DNA from: Candidatus Marinacidobacterales bacterium
GTDB taxonomy: Bacteria; Acidobacteriota; Vicinamibacteria; Marinacidobacterales; SMYC01
Reading direction: 5' to 3'
Assembly: GCA_965237955.1 (NCBI GenBank)
Contig: OZ250169.1
Coordinates: forward strand, 4,256,001-4,320,000
Length of the DNA stretch: 64,000 nt
In this document: positions 30,004-39,213 of the stretch, in pieces
How the letters are laid out: each line of letters begins with the position of its first letter
How positions within the stretch are numbered: position 1 is the first letter of the stretch
Notes under the pieces: generated by a model
The model's input: only the letters and a program-made list of their open reading frames with translations
Told to the model about the DNA's origin: nothing
The model's database searches: none
Position numbers and translations under genes: made by a program

Positions 30004-31344
30004 CTATCCCGCAAAATCCTCGTGCACAGCCTCCGCTCCCAGAATTCCTGAGATCGCGCAGAAGCTGACCCATTGACCAGGGTGCGTGGAGCTTCCGACG
30101 AGGTACAGGCCCTTCACATTCGGACTGCGATGACGAAGCCGACCACGGCGAGCGAGCCGCGCTGTCATCACCGGGTTCATGGAATTCTGATAGAGATGAA
30201 ACTCTTTGCCCCAGTCCGACGGCGTGCGTACCGCGAGCGTCTTTCGAGACTTCGCCATGTCCGTCCACCAACTGTCATCGAAAGCTACGGCCTCGGCCGA
30301 AATCAGCCGCGCCGGATGCCGCCCCGCTCGAATCTGAGTGTCGTCTATTAGGCTCGGCTGCGCGAGCAGTTCACACCCCTCGGGCCCTAGATAGAAACGG
30401 AGGTAAGGGGCTTCGGGAGACGCAATGCTCAAGTAGGTGCAGCGCCCCGGAGATTGAAGTGGAAGCTCGCGAAGACGCTCGGCGCCGGAGGGCGTTGGAT
30501 CGCACAGCTCGAGATACGTCCCGACGCCCCCCGCATTCGAGACGATGGCGTCGAACTCCACGAGCTCACCGTCGACGACGACCGCGGGACGCGGATCGAA
30601 TCGAAGTTTGCCGACCTTGGTGTCGAATCGAAATGTTACGCCCAGCGTTTCTGCTTCTTGCGCCAGCCGCGAGGGAATGACACCGATCCCGCCACGAGGA
30701 TAGAAAGCGCCGACGGTGTGAACGAGGGCGGGCACCAAGGCGAGAAGACTCGGGGCCTCGTCGAGAGATTGCCCGGCAATGTGCGTCCAGATTGAGAGCG
30801 CGTCGACGATCTCAGATGCGAGTCCTGAACGGCGAAGCGCAGAGCGCAACCCACGCATCAGAAACGGAGCGTGTCGGACGGCGCCGGTGCGAACAAGCGA
30901 ACGCCAACCGGGTGTGGCGACGTATTGAAGTGGGTGCACGCTGCGATGGACGCTTTCGAGCTCCTCGACGAATCCGAGGTAGCGCTTCGCACTGCCGGGC
31001 CAGCTCTTCTCCATCGCTTCCGCGGTCCGATGACGGTCCGCGTAGATCTGAACCTTCCCGCCGTCCCCGAAACGCACGTCGTAGAGCTCCTCGATGCGGA
31101 TGAGCGGGATCTCGCTCCGAAGGTCGAGACCCAGCCGCTGGAATGCCCAATCGAGACCAGGTCGATCCAGCAAAACGTAAGGTCCCGCGTCGAATCTGAG
31201 GCTCCCGGCTTCGAAGCTCGAAGCCAATCCGCCAGCGGAGGATCGCGCTTCGAACACAGTGACCGCGTATTGGAGTTGCGCCAACCGGATCGATGCAGTG
31301 AGACCGCCCATCCCAGCACCGATGATCGCTACTCGTTTGGTCAA
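30004..31344 (-). CDS. Phytoene desaturase (CrtI)-like FAD-dependent oxidoreductase
   Basis: Motifs are IIGAGMGGL, GG...FDAGP, YPRGG and GLYLVGSSTHPG...AISG. Confidence 0.82.
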   Translation of the reverse strand: MTKRVAIIGAGMGGLTASIRLAQLQYAVTVFEARSSAGGLASSFEAGSLRFDAGPYVLLDRPGLDWAFQRLGLDLRSEIPLIRIEELYDVRFGDGGKVQIYADRHRTAEAMEKSWPGSAKRYLGFVEELESVHRSVHPLQYVATPGWRSLVRTGAVRHAPFLMRGLRSALRRSGLASEIVDALSIWTHIAGQSLDEAPSLLALVPALVHTVGAFYPRGGIGVIPSRLAQEAETLGVTFRFDTKVGKLRFDPRPAVVVDGELVEFDAIVSNAGGVGTYLELCDPTPSGAERLRELPLQSPGRCTYLSIASPEAPYLRFYLGPEGCELLAQPSLIDDTQIRAGRHPARLISAEAVAFDDSWWTDMAKSRKTLAVRTPSDWGKEFHLYQNSMNPVMTARLARRGRLRHRSPNVKGLYLVGSSTHPGQWVSFCAISGILGAEAVHEDFAG

Positions 31345-31350
31345 ACGCGT

Positions 31351-33306
31351 TTAGACCATTCCGAGAAGCTTTCTCAGCAGCGCCCGCTCGAGGCGGACGA
31401 TGTTTCTCGGGGAACTCTTGGGAGGGAAGAAATCCACATCCATCGGCGGGAGGAACGTCTCTCCACGGGCACTCGCGAACTGGTACACGGGGTTCGCGAG
31501 GAGGCTCAAAAAGCTCGTCCATCCGTTCGCATAAGGACTTCGCCACTCAGACACGGGCTCGTCCCTACCTACGACTTCGATCGCATCGGTGGGATCACCG
31601 AACCAATGGCAAGCAGCGTCGAGAACGACAGATGCCCGCGGATTCGCTAGTCCCCTGGATCTTTGATTACTATACAAAGTTAGGCTTTTCGCCAGCCCAT
31701 AAGACTCATAAGATTCATGCACTTAGAAGGGTTTCGGCAAGCTCTGCTTTATCTAGTTTGTTCCGATACAGGGGACTAGACCCATATGCCGCGTGGCCAC
31801 CATGTCGACCGCGAGCGCGTCCGCGCCTGCATAGAGGCGGTGGGGCGTTGGGAATCGGGGACAGGCGATGATTCCGACAAGGCCGTCCGCAGCCGAGGCG
31901 TAGCCGTCGATGAGCGCGAAGTCCGGTGGAAACTCGGTGAGCGGCATCAGAAGCGCGGTGTCACGATGCGCGGATCGCTCCAGGAAAAGAAATTGTTCGA
32001 GACGGGCGCCGACGCCTTGAATCCCTCCGATCGTCAAGTGGGTGAAGTCCACGGGATGACTTCGCATTTTGGCGAACACGATCCGGAACTCCGCGTCCCG
32101 CCAGCTGCGGCTGAGGGTTTCTTGCGCCATGCCTCGCGGATAGCGGTGGGGCACCTGGTCGGCGGAGAGGTCGACGACCTGGTAGTGCGTTGAATCGTAG
32201 CCGAAGTACTCGGCGACGCGCGGCACGTCGCGGTGCTCGCAATACTGATCGTAGATGTTCCTGCCTTCGCCGACGACGATGTCGGAAACGCCGCGGCCTT
32301 TGAGAAACTGCGCGAGCTCATCGACAAGCTCCGGATCAGTGATGACGGCCGTGTGGTTTCGATCGTAGCCCAGCATGAATGTGGCCTTCACGAGAACACG
32401 AAGCTCGTCGACGGGTTTTTCGAGCTCGGTCGCTTTCGCTTTCAGTTTGCGCTCGAGCTCCGAAGTTTCTAACACCTGACGAAGCGCCGTCCTCTTTTCG
32501 AGATCGGGTGCGCCTGTCAGCACGTGGACCCGGCCGCCCGCGCCGAGCGGGTGGGTTGCAAGTGAGCCGGAGCGATGTTCTCTCGGCACGAAATACTCGT
32601 CGATGTCTCGAAGCTTCGATACGGCGTTCTGCCGAACGTCGGATCTAGCCAACGAAGTAGCGATTGTCTCGAATACGCGGCGGTGCGATACCTCGTCGTG
32701 CCACATGCGCTCGAGCTCGAGCTTCGTCGATGCGTCGACTCGGGAGAGCGACCCCGAGAGCTCCGAGAGACGTTTCCAGCACAAAGCCGCGGTGGCCTCG
32801 GCGCCGACTTGAAACTCGCAGAACTCCTGGAAGGTTAGATACCGAAGCTCTTTGCGCACCGCTCGCGGAACTTTGCCGCCCATACGTCCGGCCCAGGTCA
32901 CGGCGGCTGCGAGGAGTCTCGCGAGCGGTGCCCGAGACCAGGTGACGTGTTGCGTTACCGAGCTCGCCCAGCCACCGATCGAGCCTGCCAGCTGCTGCAC
33001 GAGTGCACCGAAGCGCACCCACGGCCGGCCCCACCGGAACAATAGCCCCCGCGTATAGATCGCGTGCATTTGCTCGTCTTTCCACGCCCATGCGAGGCTT
33101 TGCCCGAATACGCGGATGAGCTCCGGGTCGAGCGAAGTCTCCTCGAGGCGGGAAGTCATGAGATCGTTCCGGTAGGCGACCGTAACCAGCTGTTCACGCT
33201 CGAGCGCGAGCAGCAACAATTGCTCGAGCTCTCGATCCGGTCGCGCGCGAAATTTCTCCCGGAGGCCGCTCAGGGTCTCTTCGAATTCTTCGTCGATCGC
33301 GCCCAT
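31351..33306 (-). pseudogene. Ferritin-like di-iron domain + DUF362 domain fusion protein interrupted by a MITE
   Basis: It has ExxH motifs (DEQMH, DEVSH) and DUF362-like VLVK..TDP..V.EG, KMRSH, IDG and DALAVD. Removing 31651-31775 plus one CTAG rejoins ...RHMGL-ANPRASVVL... in frame. Confidence 0.75.
31651..31775. mobile_element. 125-bp MITE
   Basis: The TIRs are TCCCCTGGATC and GATACAGGGGA. CTAG is duplicated on both sides (31647-31650, 31776-31779), and the interior is AT-rich. Confidence 0.88.
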
Positions 33307-33529
33307 CGAAAGCGTTTCACCTCGAGTGACGTCCCCGCGAACGATCGCTCTGGTTGGTTTCTTTCTATGGTAGCGTCCCGGCAATCGCAAGCGCCAGGGA
33401 AACCACGGCGAGGCTCAACAGCCGATTCTTGACGAGGGCCCGAAAAGCGAATCGTAGACTTTGCAACAGGTTATCCATCTCTTAGTGCTTTTTACGGCGG
33501 CGGCCGGGGAAGGTTCCTATAATAGAGGT

Positions 33530-34033
33530 ATGGGAAAGCTTCTTTTGCTGTTTATCATAGTCCCTGCTGTCGAGCTCGGCCTTCTCATCCAGGTGGGAAT
33601 CTATCTGGGCACGTGGCCGACGCTCGCTTTGATCGTCTTCACCGGCATGGTAGGCGCGTATCTCGCGCGTTTGCAAGGTCTCTCGGTTCTGACGCGCGCG
33701 CAGGAGCAGATGAACCGCGGCGAGCTCCCCGCGGGCTCACTTGCGGACGGCGTCATGATCGTTGTCGCCGGCGCGCTTTTGATGACCCCGGGGATTCTCA
33801 CCGACGCGTTCGGGTTTTCGCTATTGGTCCCCGCGTTCCGCAACCGCATCAAAGACGTCGTGCTCACGCGCTTCCAGAAGGCCATCGAAGAAAACCGAGT
33901 GCACGTGCATGTCTCGGGTATGGGATTCGACGTAGACCCGGGACCGATCGTGGACGTCCAACCCGAGAGCTTCGAGCCTGACCGTTTTCCGCCCGAGCCC
34001 GATCGTAATCCTCCGAAATACAAAGTGCATTGA
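33530..34033 (+). CDS. fxsA: FxsA family membrane protein
   Basis: It reads LFIIVPAVEL...TLALIVFTG..GAYLARLQG...GALLMTPGILTD. Confidence 0.9.
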   Translation: MGKLLLLFIIVPAVELGLLIQVGIYLGTWPTLALIVFTGMVGAYLARLQGLSVLTRAQEQMNRGELPAGSLADGVMIVVAGALLMTPGILTDAFGFSLLVPAFRNRIKDVVLTRFQKAIEENRVHVHVSGMGFDVDPGPIVDVQPESFEPDRFPPEPDRNPPKYKVH

Positions 34034-34413
34034 CGGGTTTCTGGCGCTACTGGCTCTTCCAGATTCCGGGTTGGGTTGTTCTAACCGGGCTTCTTGCGGT
34101 GGCGCATTTCTGGCTGGGACTGTCACCGCTGGCCGCTGTCATCGTGCTCGCGTTCTGGTTACTGAAAGACGCCGTGCTCTATCCCATCCTCAAACCCCAC
34201 TACGTTTTTCGAGAGCGCGACGCGCACCAAGGCCTTCTCGGAGAACACGCGGTGGCGCAAGAGACGCTCAGCCCCCGAGGTTACGTCAAGCTCCGAGGGG
34301 AGCTGTGGGTCGCTGAGCTTGCGGCGAAGGACGCGCCCGTTCCGGCCGGTGAGAGCGTGATCGTGGAGTCGGTGGACGGGTTGACGCTTAGGGTCCTCAG
34401 AGGCAGGCGCTGA
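34030..34413 (+). CDS. NfeD-like membrane protein with C-terminal OB fold
   Basis: Two TM segments are followed by LSPRGYVKLRGELW.A...V.VESVDGLTLRV. Confidence 0.8.
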   Translation: MTGFWRYWLFQIPGWVVLTGLLAVAHFWLGLSPLAAVIVLAFWLLKDAVLYPILKPHYVFRERDAHQGLLGEHAVAQETLSPRGYVKLRGELWVAELAAKDAPVPAGESVIVESVDGLTLRVLRGRR

Positions 34414-35308
34414 CCGGCGTTTCGTTGAGCTTCGTGATCAGCTCTTGGATGAGCTCGTCGGCGGCGTCGCGCCCAAGCGGTGTTGCGCCCGCGCCCTTGT
34501 GACCGCCGCCCCCATACTTCGCCAAGAGTCCACCGACGTGCACGGGGCAAGTGCGATTGAAGATGCTGTGGCCCACGGTGGCGACGACGAACTCCTTTTT
34601 CGGCCCCCAGGCGATCCGCAGGGACACGTTGGCTTCTGGAAATAGCGTATAGATGAGAAAGCGATTCCCGGCGGGCAGGTTCTCGACGTCCCGCAAGTCC
34701 GTCACGATGACGTTCGTCTCCAGACGGGACTGCTCTCGCATGGCTTCCAGGAAGCTCTCACGCTCTTCGGCGATCCTGCGCGCTCGTTCCTGGACTTCGG
34801 GAAGTGCCATGACCTCGTCGATGGTTCCTTCGCGGAAGACGTCGACGAGCTTGATGAAGTAGTCCTTGAAGCTTCCGAGCCCGGTTCGCGGATCCATCGT
34901 GAAACCGAGGAGAACAATGCGTTCGGGATTGGTCACATCCTCGATGGTGAGCTTCGCGGCGTCGTAGCGGTCGGTCTCGTTGACGAGCTCGTCGTAGAGT
35001 TTGAAGCCCGGGTTGTCGTGAAGGTAGTAGTCGTAGACGAGCCGCGCCGTGCTCGGTGAGAGCCCGTACTTGCCATCGAAAGCCGTGGGCGGCTTTTCGT
35101 AAGTGCGAGTCGCCGAGTGGTGATCGAACCACTTGAGGCAAGACGGGTGATAGGGAAGGTTCGCGAGAATATCGCCGGGTTTCACCTCGAATTTATCGTC
35201 GGTGATGTCCTGCGGATGGATGAGCTCGATGTCATCGAGCCTCTCGGCATGATCGATGAGCACTGTGCACGTGAGCCCGTCCAGATTTCCTCGCGTAACC
35301 AACCGCAT
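34397..35308 (-). CDS. DHH/DHHA1 phosphoesterase (exopolyphosphatase-like/nanoRNase NrnB-like)
   Basis: Motifs are RLVTRGNLDGL, FDHH, GHSIFNRT and GGGGHKGAG. Confidence 0.85.
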   Translation of the reverse strand: MRLVTRGNLDGLTCTVLIDHAERLDDIELIHPQDITDDKFEVKPGDILANLPYHPSCLKWFDHHSATRTYEKPPTAFDGKYGLSPSTARLVYDYYLHDNPGFKLYDELVNETDRYDAAKLTIEDVTNPERIVLLGFTMDPRTGLGSFKDYFIKLVDVFREGTIDEVMALPEVQERARRIAEERESFLEAMREQSRLETNVIVTDLRDVENLPAGNRFLIYTLFPEANVSLRIAWGPKKEFVVATVGHSIFNRTCPVHVGGLLAKYGGGGHKGAGATPLGRDAADELIQELITKLNETPVSACL

Positions 35309-35395
35309 GCGCGCATCTCCTGTTTGCTCTCGGGTGGGGTCCAACTTCCAGAGTAACAATTGGATCGAAAAGCGTAAAGCCGATACGCTCGCGAT

Positions 35396-36412
35396 ATGTC
35401 GCACCGCCGCTATAACCCGCTCCTCGACGAGTGGGTCTTATGCTCGCCGGGGAGGTTGAAGCGCCCGTGGTTGGGGCAGACTGACACGCCCACGCCCGCG
35501 CCGGCGACGCCGCCCGCCTACGATCCCGATTGCTATATGTGCCCCGGCAACAAACGGGCGTCGGGCGAGCAGAACCCGGACTACGCGAGTGTGTTTCTCT
35601 TCGATAACGACTACCCGGCGCTGACGGCTCCTGAGTCAACCGACGACTCGACCCCGGACACCTCGGCGCTCTTGGTGGCGGCGCCCGAGCGCGGGCACTG
35701 CCGGGTCGTATGTTTTTCACCGCGACACGATTGGCACTTGGGCGCGATGACGCCTTCGGCGGTTCGGCAAGTGGTCGATGCCTGGGCCGAAGAATCGGAT
35801 CGCTGGTTGAGAGACGAGGACGCGGGCTACGTTCAGATCTTCGAGAATCGCGGTCTGATGATGGGTGCGAGCAACCCGCATCCTCACGGACAGATTTGGG
35901 CTACCGAGCACGTGCCCACCATTCCGGCGCGGAAGACACAACGGCAAGAAGAATATTGGACCGAGCATGGTAGCGACCTCCTAGGAGACTACCTCGAAGA
36001 AGAGCTCGGTCGAGACGAGCGCATCGTCGAGTCGAATGATCACTGGGTCCACGTCGTGCCGTTTTGGGCCGTTTGGCCGTTCGAGACCATGCTCGTGCCG
36101 AGAAGGCGCGTGGGTCATGTGAGCGAGCTCGACGACGACGGGCGGGTCGCGTTGGCCCAGATCATAGGGAAGCTCACTCGTCGCTACGACGCGCTCTTCG
36201 AGACGCCGTTTCCGTACTCGATGGGCTGGTATCAACGCCCGCGCGACGGCGACACTCGAGCAGGCTCGCGACTCCACGCCGTCTATCTGCCACCGCTCGT
36301 GCGCTCCGCCACGGTGCGGAAATTCCTCGTCGGTTACGAGATGACGTCGGAACCGCAGCGCGACTTTACCGCCGAGGAAGCATGCGAGCGGCTCAAAGCG
36401 TGCCCGACGTGA
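35396..36412 (+). CDS. galT: Galactose-1-phosphate uridylyltransferase
   Basis: Motifs are HRRYNPL, RPW.G, FENRG.MMG.SNPHPHGQIW and VPFWAVWPFE. Confidence 0.96.
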   Translation: MSHRRYNPLLDEWVLCSPGRLKRPWLGQTDTPTPAPATPPAYDPDCYMCPGNKRASGEQNPDYASVFLFDNDYPALTAPESTDDSTPDTSALLVAAPERGHCRVVCFSPRHDWHLGAMTPSAVRQVVDAWAEESDRWLRDEDAGYVQIFENRGLMMGASNPHPHGQIWATEHVPTIPARKTQRQEEYWTEHGSDLLGDYLEEELGRDERIVESNDHWVHVVPFWAVWPFETMLVPRRRVGHVSELDDDGRVALAQIIGKLTRRYDALFETPFPYSMGWYQRPRDGDTRAGSRLHAVYLPPLVRSATVRKFLVGYEMTSEPQRDFTAEEACERLKACPT

Positions 36413-37554
36413 TGAACGCCGAAATCGCAGTCTTTCACGAACGCTTCGGCCAGGACCACGCTCGGTGCCGCGTTGCGCGGGCACCCGGTCGCGTGAACCT
36501 CATCGGCGAGCACACCGACTATAACGACGGTTTCGTGCTACCGGTCGCCATCGACCGTTACGTGACGATCGTGTTTGCTCCACGGGTCGACTCGATTCTG
36601 AGAGGCTATTCGATCGACTTCGATGAAGAGCGGGCGGCGTCTCTCGAGGAGCTATCACCGTGTAACGGCTCTCCGAGCTGGTTCGACTACGCGGCCGGTG
36701 TCGCGTGGGTGCGACCCGCCGAGAGCGTGCCGGTGACAGGTATCGATTTCGTCGTGTCCGGAGACGTTCCTATTGGCGCCGGTCTTTCGTCGTCCGCGGC
36801 TCTCGAGCTCGCTTTTGCCCGCGCTCTCTCGGATGCCTCCGGAGAACCGTGGGACGGGAAGCGTGCTGCGCTCGCCGGACAGCGCGTTGAGAACGACTAC
36901 ATTGGGCTGAAGAGCGGCATCATGGATCAGATGGCGTCTGCGCTCTCGCGAGAGGGCAGCGCGATGCTTCTCGATTGCCGCGACCTGAGCGTCGAGGCGG
37001 TATTGATCCCCGAGCATCTGTCGGTCGTTGTCATGGACACGGGAACGCGACGATCGGTCGCGGGAAGCGCCTACAACGATCGGCGCGCGAGCTGCGAGCG
37101 CGCTGTGCGCGCTGTGCGCGAGCGCAATCCGGACGTGCGCGCCCTTCGCGACGTGAGGGAGAGCGCTCTCGATGCCTGCCGCTCCGAGATGGATCCGACG
37201 GACTACCGGCGTGCGCTCCACGTGGTCCGGGAGAACCAGCGTACGCTAGGCATGGCACGCGCACTTCGTGCTGATGATGAGACCGAGATCGCCGCGCTTA
37301 TGGACGGCTCGCACGAGAGTTTGCGCAAGCTCTATCAGGTCTCGAGCCCGGAGCTCGACGAGATCGTCTCGATCGCCAAGGCGCACCCCTCGTGTCGTGG
37401 CGCCCGCATGACCGGTGCCGGCTTCGGAGGCTGCGCGGTCGCGCTGGTGAACGCCGAGGGGACCGCGGCATTCGCGGCCGATGTGCGAAACGCCTACGGA
37501 GCAGGGGAGCTCTACGTATGCCGCGCCGTGTCAGGAGCGCACATCGTCGAATGA
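36412..37554 (+). CDS. galK: Galactokinase
   Basis: Motifs are APGRVNLIGEHTDYNDG, GAGLSSSAA, GIMDQ and GARMTGAGFGGC. It overlaps galT at TGATG. Confidence 0.96.
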   Translation: MNAEIAVFHERFGQDHARCRVARAPGRVNLIGEHTDYNDGFVLPVAIDRYVTIVFAPRVDSILRGYSIDFDEERAASLEELSPCNGSPSWFDYAAGVAWVRPAESVPVTGIDFVVSGDVPIGAGLSSSAALELAFARALSDASGEPWDGKRAALAGQRVENDYIGLKSGIMDQMASALSREGSAMLLDCRDLSVEAVLIPEHLSVVVMDTGTRRSVAGSAYNDRRASCERAVRAVRERNPDVRALRDVRESALDACRSEMDPTDYRRALHVVRENQRTLGMARALRADDETEIAALMDGSHESLRKLYQVSSPELDEIVSIAKAHPSCRGARMTGAGFGGCAVALVNAEGTAAFAADVRNAYGAGELYVCRAVSGAHIVE

Positions 37555-37580
37555 GCGGATGTGTCCGGTGAAAGAATTTC

Positions 37581-37664
37581 AACGCAAAGTCGCAAAGTCG
37601 CGAAGGCGCAAAGTGAAGCGCCTTCGGCGCCAATTCTCTCTTTGCGTCTTGGTGCCTTTGCGTT
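37581..37664. repeat. REP-like palindromic element (copy 2)
   Basis: It reads aacgcaaagtcgcaaagtcgcgaaggcgcaaagtgaagcgccttcggcgc...ctttgcgtcttggtgcctttgcgtt and lies between convergent galK and the NUDIX gene. Confidence 0.85.
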
Positions 37665-37680
37665 AAGAAAACAGCGAAGT

Positions 37681-38151
37681 TTAGCCGCTCTCGGGTTTAG
37701 CGAGTGCGTCCTCGAGGCGGCTGACGAGCTCGGCTTGTGCGGCGTTCAATTTCACGCGCGCGGCGTCGGGCGAAAAGAACTCGGCGCGATCCACTTCGGG
37801 AAACGTTTGCCTTTGACCGGAGCGTGGTGGCCACTCGATCTCGAACGTGTTGCTCTTGATCGCGGCGGAGTCGCAGTCGCCTTCGAATGCCCACGCCGTC
37901 ACCCGCTTGCCTCCTTTTTGTCGAACCTCACCGAGAGCAACGTAACCGTTCTCGGGTACGTCGATGCCGGTCTCCTCGGAGAACTCCCGCCGTGCGGTCG
38001 TAAGCGGATCTTCGGACGGCTCCACTTCACCTTTTGGGATACTCCATGCCCCTCGGTCCTTGTTGCGGAAAAACGGCCCACCCGGGTGCACGAGGAACAA
38101 CTCGAGGCCACCCCTCCGACGGAACATGAGAAGCCCGGCGCTTAGAACCAT
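37681..38151 (-). CDS. NUDIX hydrolase
   Basis: It reads LVHPGGPF...WSIPKGE......A.REFSEETG and FPEVDRA. Confidence 0.9.
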   Translation of the reverse strand: MVLSAGLLMFRRRGGLELFLVHPGGPFFRNKDRGAWSIPKGEVEPSEDPLTTARREFSEETGIDVPENGYVALGEVRQKGGKRVTAWAFEGDCDSAAIKSNTFEIEWPPRSGQRQTFPEVDRAEFFSPDAARVKLNAAQAELVSRLEDALAKPESG

Positions 38152-38528
38152 AGGAGAATGACGACGGCGATGCTCCAATCATAGACCCAGCAGAGCACGG
38201 GAAAGGTTTTGCCTGCGTTGGCACCGGCGATCCCTCGGTGATGCAGGAAATCCCAGGCCCCATGCGCGAAGTAACCCCACGCGAGAATCGCCACCGCGTA
38301 CCACAGACCGAGAAGGGCGACCGCGATGAACGCGACGCCGGCGGTGACCTCGAGTGCGAGCGTGGAGTTGTCGTCACCGGCGAGGGCCGCGCCGATATAG
38401 ACCGCGCCCGCGGCGACGAGAACGGCGGCAAGGAAATCGAGCGCCTGCTCGCCCGGAAGTATCTGAAGGAGGACGACGGTGAGCAGGACGAGAATAAGTG
38501 CTCCGGTGATGCCGGGGTTACGGGTCAC
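38142..38528 (-). CDS. Small membrane protein (DUF6010-like)
   Basis: It has hydrophobic helices with AVYIG, HGAWDFLHH and C..YDW. The start is uncertain. Confidence 0.6.
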   Translation of the reverse strand: MTRNPGITGALILVLLTVVLLQILPGEQALDFLAAVLVAAGAVYIGAALAGDDNSTLALEVTAGVAFIAVALLGLWYAVAILAWGYFAHGAWDFLHHRGIAGANAGKTFPVLCWVYDWSIAVVILLWF

Positions 38529-38544
38529 TGAAACCGTGTTGCCT

Positions 38545-38885
38545 CTGGTGGTAGCCATCACGAAGTGTGCGCCCCATGCGCCGCTCGCTCTCGCCGTCGT
38601 GGTCCCACGCGTTATCCATAGAAGCTGACGCCGGCGTCGATAGCGGTTCGAATGAGACGAACGCCGTCGGCTTCCTCGGGAACACCGATGTGGTAACCGC
38701 TGATGCCGAGGATTGAGACGTTTGTCGCCGGTCTTGCCGAACGCCCGATACGGCATGCCGTTTCGGTGTTCGACCGTGGGTGGCGTATCGAAGATGTCGG
38801 TCTGAGTCGCGCCCGCCGCGCCGGTGCCGCTCGCGAGTCCTGCCGCCGCGGCGCCCGAAAGGAACCCTCTGCGTGAGACCTTCAT
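38545..38885 (-). pseudogene. Tat-signal aldo/keto reductase N-terminal remnant
   Basis: It reads MKVSRRGFL...GMPYRAFGKTG, then shifts to VSILGISGYHIG..LIRTAIDAG and shifts again to DNAWD..GESERRMG.AL. Confidence 0.75.
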
Positions 38886-38999
38886 CTGGACCTCCAGCGC
38901 GTGAGCATATATCAGCGCGCAGCTGTCGTCAGCCCCCATCCGGTACGGCGGCACCGCAGCCGGGCTTGCGCTCTCCGCTAACCGCTATCCGCCGCCCGG

Positions 39000-39155
39000 T
39001 TCGCCGTAAGGGACGATGTTGACGAAGAACCGCTTCAAGTGATCGCTCGAGTGAGCTCCGATGACGGTGGTTCTCTCGACTCATCAGGATCCACATGTCG
39101 ACGCCGTGGCTCCGCATCGTGGGCAGCAGGTTCGTTTCCATCTTGTGCGCTTTGA
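39000..39155 (-). pseudogene. Fragment of an M24 (Xaa-Pro) peptidase-like gene
   Basis: LLPTMRSHGVDMWILMSRE resembles the N-terminus of this family. Confidence 0.45.
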
Positions 39156-39213
39156 CGTCCCCCTCCCTATGCGCGGCGTGAGCATAGTAGCAGAATGCGG
39201 AACGATGTAATCT

